From the NCBI GenBank assembly GCA_042218075.1, contig JBDGRK010000003.1, positions 1 through 64,000 of the forward strand: a stretch of 64,000 nucleotides of DNA, in the 5' to 3' direction. Below the pieces are notes generated by a model. It ran no database searches. It saw only the letters and a list, made by a program, of their open reading frames with translations, and had not been told where the DNA came from. A program made the translations under genes and the position numbers. The stretch is from Candidatus Nanohaloarchaea archaeon. Lineage in GTDB: Archaea; Nanohalarchaeota; Nanosalinia; Nanosalinales; Nanosalinaceae. Shown one piece after another: positions 9,066-16,405 of the stretch. Position 1 is the stretch's first letter; each line of letters begins with the position of its first letter.

Positions 9066-9776
9066 TCAATCTTCGAATTTTTCCCTCTCAGTTTCCCACT
9101 CGGGATGAGGTTGTCCGATTCCCTTAGTAACGTGATCTATCATCTTCTCGAGTTTCCTCTCTTTTTCAAGCGTGGAACTCGAAGTCAGGAATTCTTGCGC
9201 CAGTTTGTACATGTAGCCGTCGAACTCTTGGAGTTTCTCAATCCTGTAATTATCCTTAACAGGAACGACTTCCTTCTTCCTGTAGATTATTTCAAGCAGG
9301 TAATCAAGGAGCTCGTGCATTGAGTACCTTTTCTGGCCGACATCATCCATCTTCTCAAGGTCTTTCTGCCTGTCCCAGATATTGTAGAGAATCCTGTTTT
9401 TCTCTGATTCCGATATTCCAAATTCCTTTTTTTCCTGCTCTGCTACTTCTATAACCTCATCGAAAGCATTATCCCTGTCATAACGGATATCAATATTCTC
9501 CATCCACCGGACCATATACCAGGAATCCTTCTTTCTTTCAAAATAGTGCTTGGCCCATTTCAGGGAATTGAAGAATTTTTCAATTGTTACATTATCAACT
9601 TTTTCAGTGACCCTTTTCCTCCATTCTCCTTCTACTATAATATAGATATCCAGATCATTGTGATCTCCGTCGGGATCTCGAGCATAACTTCCAACTATAC
9701 CTACAGCTCTGACATCGTCTCTCTTCTTCAATTCTTCAACTCTGTTTTCCACAAACTCTTCAGTTATTTCAACCAT
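9066..9776 (-). CDS. Minimal nucleotidyltransferase (Pol beta superfamily) with helical C-terminal domain
   Basis: IVGSYAR...DLDIYII motif. Confidence 0.8.
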   Translation of the reverse strand: MVEITEEFVENRVEELKKRDDVRAVGIVGSYARDPDGDHNDLDIYIIVEGEWRKRVTEKVDNVTIEKFFNSLKWAKHYFERKKDSWYMVRWMENIDIRYDRDNAFDEVIEVAEQEKKEFGISESEKNRILYNIWDRQKDLEKMDDVGQKRYSMHELLDYLLEIIYRKKEVVPVKDNYRIEKLQEFDGYMYKLAQEFLTSSSTLEKERKLEKMIDHVTKGIGQPHPEWETEREKFED

Positions 9777-10671
9777 CCAGCTTCGCCTCCAGTAATTCTC
9801 TGGATTCTCCAGCGTCTGCCTTTCCGTTCGTCGCCTGCATTACCTGTCCGATAAAGAAGTTCATCGCCGAATCCTTTCCCGACCGGTAGTCTTCAACTGC
9901 ATCAGGGTGATTCTTGACTATCTTATCGATGACTTCTTCCAGCTCAAAACCCTCCTCTTCAGGAAGCTCTCCGGAATCGGCATACTCCTCCATCAGTTTC
10001 TGAAGGTGTGTCTCGTCCTCCGCCCTCTCCAGTATTTCCTTCTTCAGTTCATCTTCAGTATCAATATCGTGTCTCTCATGTGATTCAAGCAGTTCCAGCA
10101 CCATATCTTCATCAAAACTATCTGAGAGTTCCAGGAATGTTCCCCTGTAACCTTTATCCACGATAAACTTGGCGGATCTCTCTTCAAGACCTCTTTCTTC
10201 AATCTCCATGTAATCATCTCCATTTGATACAACCAGATCTCTTACCTCTAAATCGAAATCTTCCCTCTTGACTGCATCACTGAAATCCCCCGAGTCAAGT
10301 ATGACACCGATCTTCTCGTCTCCGGTGGTGTGGGAAACTCTATCCTGCTCAAATATCCTTTCGTCAACCAGATGTTTCAGATCAGTGGAGAAAGGGTGAA
10401 CAGTACCTGATTCAAACCCCGTGATTTTTCTCGATTCCTCAGGCGAAACCATGCGATACTCCTCTCCCAGTTTGCTCTCCGAGAGTTCCCTGTCCCCCGG
10501 TATCAGGACGTGAAAATTCTCGCCTCCAGCCTCGATTATCAGCGATTTGACAATCTGGGAAGTCTCAAGCCCCCTCTCCCTGGCAGCGTCGTCACATGCC
10601 TTAGAGGGATTATCCTGCTCAACTGTCTCGTATTCGATGCCGAGTTCATCCAGCTTCCTGTCGGCTTTCAT
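9769..10671 (-). CDS. YbaK/ProX editing domain fused to a GatB/Yqey C-terminal domain
   Basis: N-terminal QIVKSL, TGFESGTVHPF; C-terminal AVEDYRSGKDSAMNFFIGQVMQATNGKAD, similar to the tail of the neighbouring GatB. Confidence 0.85.
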   Translation of the reverse strand: MKADRKLDELGIEYETVEQDNPSKACDDAARERGLETSQIVKSLIIEAGGENFHVLIPGDRELSESKLGEEYRMVSPEESRKITGFESGTVHPFSTDLKHLVDERIFEQDRVSHTTGDEKIGVILDSGDFSDAVKREDFDLEVRDLVVSNGDDYMEIEERGLEERSAKFIVDKGYRGTFLELSDSFDEDMVLELLESHERHDIDTEDELKKEILERAEDETHLQKLMEEYADSGELPEEEGFELEEVIDKIVKNHPDAVEDYRSGKDSAMNFFIGQVMQATNGKADAGESRELLEAKLDG

Positions 10672-11045
10672 TCTCTTTCCTCATCTGGAACTGTCTTTCC
10701 GTTTTCATCCACGTATCTAACATGATTTTCCTGTTCCGGGTACCAGGAAGGTTTACTTATCAGCAGTATTTCCATATCTCCCAGGTAGTAAACTTTTGTC
10801 CCGGGTTCAGCCACAATAAGGTCTCCCTCCTCAACTTTTTTCTCCTCTCTATCAATGTAGAAACTTCCCTCTCCAGAAATTACAAAGTAGTAGAAAGTGC
10901 ATTCTTCATTGTAGTATTCCTCAAGATGGCCTTTTTCAGTCTTCTCAAGCAGTATATCTAACTCATCTGTTTCATCTCCCAGGTAATCCCAGAACTTAAC
11001 ACCAAATTTCTCAAAATTTTCCGCATCCTCTTTCGAGACTTTCAT
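10668..11045 (-). CDS. Cupin-domain protein
   Basis: YYFVISGEGSFYID...EGDLIVAEPG. Confidence 0.8.
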   Translation of the reverse strand: MKVSKEDAENFEKFGVKFWDYLGDETDELDILLEKTEKGHLEEYYNEECTFYYFVISGEGSFYIDREEKKVEEGDLIVAEPGTKVYYLGDMEILLISKPSWYPEQENHVRYVDENGKTVPDEERE

Positions 11046-12451
11046 TCTATCTCTTCCAGAATCTTCTCTCGGGCGGTTTTCGGATCAGCCTTTCCATTCG
11101 ACTCCTGCATCACCTGTCCAACCAAGAAGTTTACCGCTTCCTCATCTCCTGATCTGTAGTCCTCTACAGCTTTATTTTTCTTCTCTAAGACTTCTGACAC
11201 AATTTCATCTACCTCAGATTCTTCTGCCTTGAGAAGATCCTGCTCCTCAATTATTTTTTCAGGATGGCGATTTTTTTCTACAATCTGCCTCAGCACTTTC
11301 TCTGCGTTTCGATCAGATATCCTATCCTGTTCTATCAGTTCGATCACTTTTTGTATCCATTCAACATCGATTCCTGATTCTGCATAGCTCATCTCATTGT
11401 AGTTCAGAGTCTTCCGCAGTTCACCGGTCATCCACGAAGCGACAAGCTCCGGGTCGTATTCGTCTGACAGTTTTTCGAAATCTTCAGCCATTTCCTGCTC
11501 CACTATCAGTGATTCTACAAGTTTGTCTTCCAGTCCGTATTCCTTCTTGAATCTCTCAAACTTCTCGTGGGGCAGTTCGGGTATTTCCTCCCGGATCCTC
11601 TGCCTGAAGTTTTCATCCATCTCCTGTCTGGTCAGGTCGGGCTCGAATATGTAACCGTAGTCCTCCTCCGTCTCCTTCTCTCTCAGCATCTCCGTCGCCG
11701 CGAGCTCCGAGTTGTAGTTCCGTGTCTGCTGCTCTATCTCCCTTCCTCTCCTCTTCAGCTGTTTCTGCCTCGACAGCTCGTAGCTCAGTGCTTTCTCTAC
11801 CTCGGATGTTCCCGTGATGTTTTTCACCTCTATTTTCTCTCCTCCCTCGATGGAAATGTTGGCGTCGCTCTTGATCGTGTATCTGGATTCCGGCTCGTAG
11901 ATGCCTAGATACTGCAGTATCCGGGAGAGCTGCTGAAGGTATTCTCTTGCCTCCTCCGGCGATTTAAAGTCGGGTTCGGTCACAATCTCCAGTAGAGGAG
12001 TTCCCGCCCTGTTGTAGTCGACAAGTGTGTAGTCGGAGTCCGATATAGATCCTCCCTTATGCTCCATCCTGGCCGGGTCTTCCTCAATATGGAGCCTGGT
12101 TATCCCGATGTTTATTTTTTCACCCTCAACCTCTATCTCGATCTCTCCTTCCTCTCCCACAGGTATCTCGTACTGGGTTATCTGGAAGTTCTTGCTCATG
12201 TCGGGGTAGAAGTAGGTCTTCCTGGAGAAGAAGACTTCACCGTTTATCCTGCACTGGAGAGCCATTGAGGTCTTTGTAGCGAGTTCCAGGACTTTTTCAT
12301 TCAGTCTGGGCTTCGATCCTGGATGTCCAAGGCATATCGGGCAGACATGGGAATTCGGCTCTTCCGCTTCCTCGTTGGGACAGCCGCAGAAAAGCTTGCT
12401 GGAAGTGTCAAGCTGAACGTGAGTCTCCAGCCCGATCTTTACCTCGGTCAT
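11042..12451 (-). CDS. gatB: Asp/Glu-tRNA amidotransferase subunit B
   Basis: IGLETHVQL, RKTYFYPD, HIEED, DYNRAGTPLLEIVTEPD, EVKN. Confidence 0.97.
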   Translation of the reverse strand: MTEVKIGLETHVQLDTSSKLFCGCPNEEAEEPNSHVCPICLGHPGSKPRLNEKVLELATKTSMALQCRINGEVFFSRKTYFYPDMSKNFQITQYEIPVGEEGEIEIEVEGEKINIGITRLHIEEDPARMEHKGGSISDSDYTLVDYNRAGTPLLEIVTEPDFKSPEEAREYLQQLSRILQYLGIYEPESRYTIKSDANISIEGGEKIEVKNITGTSEVEKALSYELSRQKQLKRRGREIEQQTRNYNSELAATEMLREKETEEDYGYIFEPDLTRQEMDENFRQRIREEIPELPHEKFERFKKEYGLEDKLVESLIVEQEMAEDFEKLSDEYDPELVASWMTGELRKTLNYNEMSYAESGIDVEWIQKVIELIEQDRISDRNAEKVLRQIVEKNRHPEKIIEEQDLLKAEESEVDEIVSEVLEKKNKAVEDYRSGDEEAVNFLVGQVMQESNGKADPKTAREKILEEIE

Positions 12452-12492
12452 GTTCTCCTTTAAGCTCTGGTAAAGTTAAAAATCTGGACCGG

Positions 12493-13953
12493 TCAGTAAT
12501 CTCTTGTCCATACAAATTCTGCAAGTTCCCTGTACTTGTCAGCGGCATCAGACTTGATCACATTCATTTCCTCAAGCTTATTGATCGCCTGATCGGCCTC
12601 CTCAAGGTAACCCATTATATACTCGCTACAGTTCTCCTCGTAATTCTCCATGACCTCGTTCAGCCATTCGGTCTCCCAGTCTCCTTCCATTCTTTCCGGA
12701 AGACTGACCCCGATTCTATCCGCCATTTCAGTCCATTCTTCCTTTACCCGGTCATAGGTGCCGTCAAAAATATTCAGGAACATATCTGAGTATTTTTCAC
12801 CCTCTTCTTCCCTCAGTACTTTTTTGGTGACTATCGCCGGGAACGTGTTCTTCCTGTTGACCACATCAGTTATGGATTTACCGATCTCTCCCGAGTTGAA
12901 TATCTCGTTTGCGTCATCACCCGCCTGGAAGAGGAAGTTGAACCTGTCAATGTAAGTGTTGAAAAGTTCTCTAACTCTGCCTCCGTCAACTTCATCACTG
13001 TAATCCAGAAAGGTCTCCACTATCGGTTCTACTGAGGCCTTGAAAAGCGCTCCGGTCTTCTCGTCTATGACCTCCTTATAATCCTCCATTTCAAAATCCC
13101 TGAGATCTGTATCCTCATGTTCCAGGTCCTTCTTCTGTCCTATGCTCAGGTCTTCATCCGACTTATTGGTTATATTCAATGCCCGACCCGGAATATCGTA
13201 ATCCAGTTCAGGGCTATCCTGTCCTGAATTCATCACCTGGCGGCCCCAGGATTCAACTATATCTCCAACCAGCGTGGTCTGATCCCAAGAATCTCTTCCA
13301 TGCAAAAACCTGCTGAAAACCCTGCTGCTTTCACCGTTCCTCCTCTTATTGTCGCCATCCATTTGATCGTCTTTTATCAGCGAGGGTGCGTGTTTCATCT
13401 CGCCTCCCGCACCAACTATAGCCGAGAAGTAAGGGATTTCTCCGTCGAAAAGGGCGTAGCCTGTAAGTACCGAAAGGGTGGGCCTCAATCTCTTTCCTCT
13501 ATCTTCCCCTCTCATCAGGTATTCAATTCCCGAGGCTATACCCGCCTCGATCTTATCCTCGTAGAAAGTTCCCCCAAGTACTTCCTGGAAACTTATATCT
13601 CCTTTATAATTTTCACTCAGCTCCTCTCCCTTATTCATGAAGACATCGGTCATCTCACCTCTCCGGACTGCATCTCTTACCCTAGCATCTTCCGGGTTTT
13701 CAATCCCCATCTCCTCCTCGGCAAATCTTTCCACTATGTCCTGAGGATGTTCCAGGTTTAGAATGATGTTCCTGTACATAAAATCGTCTATAACTTCCTT
13801 GACTCCTTCAATCCAGCCTTCATCTTCCTTCCCGACCGGCGGTCTACCTTCTTCACTCAGAAGCCTTTCAATCTCTTCAAAACTGAAAGAAGTATCGTGT
13901 TCAATCTCTATACCCTCTCCAAGTGGATCACTCACAGAAAGGGTTTCTGACAT
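12493..13953 (-). CDS. Polyprenyl synthetase (trans-prenyltransferase) family protein, divergent
   Basis: GKRLRP, SLIKDDQMD...RR, GQKKDL, KTGALF, FQAGDD. Confidence 0.85.
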   Translation of the reverse strand: MSETLSVSDPLGEGIEIEHDTSFSFEEIERLLSEEGRPPVGKEDEGWIEGVKEVIDDFMYRNIILNLEHPQDIVERFAEEEMGIENPEDARVRDAVRRGEMTDVFMNKGEELSENYKGDISFQEVLGGTFYEDKIEAGIASGIEYLMRGEDRGKRLRPTLSVLTGYALFDGEIPYFSAIVGAGGEMKHAPSLIKDDQMDGDNKRRNGESSRVFSRFLHGRDSWDQTTLVGDIVESWGRQVMNSGQDSPELDYDIPGRALNITNKSDEDLSIGQKKDLEHEDTDLRDFEMEDYKEVIDEKTGALFKASVEPIVETFLDYSDEVDGGRVRELFNTYIDRFNFLFQAGDDANEIFNSGEIGKSITDVVNRKNTFPAIVTKKVLREEEGEKYSDMFLNIFDGTYDRVKEEWTEMADRIGVSLPERMEGDWETEWLNEVMENYEENCSEYIMGYLEEADQAINKLEEMNVIKSDAADKYRELAEFVWTRDY

Positions 13954-13979
13954 AGTTAACAGATAGACAGGTAAATTTA

Positions 13980-15350
13980 TTAAGAACTGAAGAATTCGTA
14001 TGCAACATCAAGTATCTTCTGTTCTTCGAAGTGGTCTCCGATAAGGTGGAGGCCGGTAGGCATTCCCTCTGAAGTCCCATTGGGAACCGAGATCATCGGC
14101 ATTCCAGCGAGGTTTGGCCCTACTGTTAGGGTATCCATCGCGTAGACTTCAGCTGGAGCCATCGACTCTGCCTCCTCTATCTCCGGTGCGATATTAGGCA
14201 TTGATGGAGACGCCAGAACATCGTATTCACTGAATGCCTGCTTGAACTGGTCTATAATTCTCTGCCTTACTTTAGCTGCTTTAATGTAATAGTCGTCCCT
14301 GTAACCGGCTTTCCTTGTATAAGTTCCCAGCAGTATTCTTCTCTTGACCTCCTCGCCAAAACCTTCTGATCTGATGCTTGAGAAGTAATCGTTGAAGTCC
14401 TCGAATTCCTCAGGATCTTTCTCCAAGCCGTACCTTATTCCCGAGAACTTGGCCAGGTTTGTCGAGGCCTCTCCCATAGCGAGAACGTAGTATGCGGGAA
14501 CAGCCACATCCCTGGAGAGAAGAGGCATGTCAACTATTTCAACCTCGGCTCCCATTTCCTCCAGTTTCTCCACTGATTCCTCAAAGTTCCGCCTGACTCC
14601 ATCCTCAATTCCTTCCAGTTCCACATACTGTTCCGGTATCCCGATCTTCATTTTATTCCTCTCGCGGAGGTTTTCCGAGTACGAAGGAACCACTCCTGAT
14701 GCGGTTGTCTGGTCTCTTGGATCTTCTCCTGCTATTACCTCGAGTCCTTTCGCCGCTCCCCATACACTCTTTGCGAGAACACCGATCTTGTCCAGCGAGT
14801 TCGCGTAGCTTATCAGCCCGCTTCTCGACACTCTTCCGTATGTGGGGGTTATGCCGACAACTCCGTTGTAGGCCGCGGGGTTCGTGATCGAGCCTCCCGT
14901 AGACTCTCCTATGGAGATTAAGGGATGGTCCGTCGCCGCCACGACCGCTCCGGCGCCTCCTGACGAGCCTCCAACAACTCTCGACTCCTCGTGTGGATTC
15001 CGTGGGGTTTCAAAGGCGCAGTTTGTAGAAAAGCTGCCGAAACCGAATTCGTCCTGGTTGGTCTTGCCGTAGAACTGCGCTCCCTCTCTCCTCAATCTCT
15101 CAACTACCGTCGCATTGAAGGCCGGCCTATAGTTTTTGATTATCTTCGATCCGGCTGAAGTTTCAGTATCCTCGGCGCAGATAGCATCCTTCACCACGAA
15201 AGGTATGCCTGAAAGCTCTCCGTCTCCGGTTTCTCCATCCTCTACAATCTTCCTCATGAAGCCGTATCTTTCGTTTTTTTCTTTCAAATCTCGCAGAAAA
15301 TCGCCTCGATCTATCTCCTGATCTCCCTCAACTGCATCTCTCAACTCCAT
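13980..15350 (-). CDS. gatA: Asp/Glu-tRNA amidotransferase subunit A
   Basis: Amidase signature GGSSGG...ESTGGSI, PTYGRVSRSG, EVKRRILLGT. Confidence 0.96.
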   Translation of the reverse strand: MELRDAVEGDQEIDRGDFLRDLKEKNERYGFMRKIVEDGETGDGELSGIPFVVKDAICAEDTETSAGSKIIKNYRPAFNATVVERLRREGAQFYGKTNQDEFGFGSFSTNCAFETPRNPHEESRVVGGSSGGAGAVVAATDHPLISIGESTGGSITNPAAYNGVVGITPTYGRVSRSGLISYANSLDKIGVLAKSVWGAAKGLEVIAGEDPRDQTTASGVVPSYSENLRERNKMKIGIPEQYVELEGIEDGVRRNFEESVEKLEEMGAEVEIVDMPLLSRDVAVPAYYVLAMGEASTNLAKFSGIRYGLEKDPEEFEDFNDYFSSIRSEGFGEEVKRRILLGTYTRKAGYRDDYYIKAAKVRQRIIDQFKQAFSEYDVLASPSMPNIAPEIEEAESMAPAEVYAMDTLTVGPNLAGMPMISVPNGTSEGMPTGLHLIGDHFEEQKILDVAYEFFSS

Positions 15351-15401
15351 AGACCCCTTTCAAAAACAGAAGCTTAAAAATTAAATTATCGTATTAAGTG
15401 T

Positions 15402-15435
15402 GTCAAATATAACTTTTAAACTGTCATTATTTGAC
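15402..15435. promoter_or_regulatory. 8-bp inverted repeat bracketing a TATA box
   Basis: GTCAAATA-N18-TATTTGAC around TTTTAAA, immediately upstream of the ORF at 15438. Confidence 0.45.
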
Positions 15436-15437
15436 TA

Positions 15438-16166
15438 ATGGTAGAATATCATTACATTACAGCCCTTTGTCCCGATGAGAGATTCGAATTTAATGTACCT
15501 GAAGAGTTTGAAATGGATTATTTTGTTCTTTTTAGTCAGGAGGGAATGGAAGTCAATCCAGACGATTTTGCAGAGGAAAGAATGGAGGAACTGAATTATG
15601 AACCTGAAACCTGCGTGAGAGAGATTGATCTCTATAATAACCTAAATCCAATGATTGCTTCAATCGAATGGATGATTGATCATGGAGAAGATAGATATTT
15701 CTTTGATCTATCAAACGCAGAGCATCCTGCAGCGGTCGGAATGGCACATGCAACTCATGCAATGAGGAGAGGAAAGCTATTAGATGCAATGCCTGGTGAA
15801 GATGGAAGCCAGATGTATGAGATAGAAGGTTTTCCGCTCGAGATGAAAATTCCTGTTTCGGAGCAGTCGCTGAATCTTTTGGAGGCTTACAGAAAAGAGG
15901 ATGGAAGAGGTGTGACTAAAGCATTAGCCGATATTGGTATAATCGATGAAGAACCTCCAGAAAAAGCAGAGGGGAAGAGGGAGAGAAAACAAATTCAATC
16001 AAATTATGAGAACTATAAGAGGAAGTTGGTGGAAGAAGGCTTTCTTGCCAGAAAAGGCAGAAGCAATATAGTAATTACAGAAAAGGGTGAAATAATTGCC
16101 AGACTTTTGGATGACGTGGGGGATGTAGAACGTCTCTTGGAAGCTTCTGGGATCAGTTCTATTTGA
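15438..16166 (+). CDS. Putative regulator: Rossmann/CARF-like N-terminus plus C-terminal winged HTH
   Basis: YFFDLSNAEHPAAVG resembles the Csa3/DUF6293 motif; KLVEEGFL...ITEKG wing. Confidence 0.5.
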   Translation: MVEYHYITALCPDERFEFNVPEEFEMDYFVLFSQEGMEVNPDDFAEERMEELNYEPETCVREIDLYNNLNPMIASIEWMIDHGEDRYFFDLSNAEHPAAVGMAHATHAMRRGKLLDAMPGEDGSQMYEIEGFPLEMKIPVSEQSLNLLEAYRKEDGRGVTKALADIGIIDEEPPEKAEGKRERKQIQSNYENYKRKLVEEGFLARKGRSNIVITEKGEIIARLLDDVGDVERLLEASGISSI

Positions 16167-16261
16167 TCGAAAATCATTATTGGTTTTTTTAGACTTGGAA
16201 ATAGATTGCTAAATCATCCGTCCACAGCTGTATATAATTGTATGAGAAGCAAGATGGTTAA

Positions 16262-16396
16262 TTAGTCCATCCCTACACATTTCCCGATAAAACTTGTCTC
16301 TCCACATTCGAGGCACTCGGGAAACAATGCCCTATAGCCCTGGAAGCTCATCTCTCCGCCGCATTCCGGGCATTTAAGGATTTTCGATTCTTCCAC
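16262..16396 (-). CDS. CPxCG small zinc-finger protein (44 aa)
   Basis: GTG start after GGTGA; MEESKILKCPECGGEM...CLECG...; below the ORF-track cutoff. Confidence 0.7.
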   Translation of the reverse strand: MEESKILKCPECGGEMSFQGYRALFPECLECGETSFIGKCVGMD

Positions 16397-16405
16397 GATT
16401 TCTGA

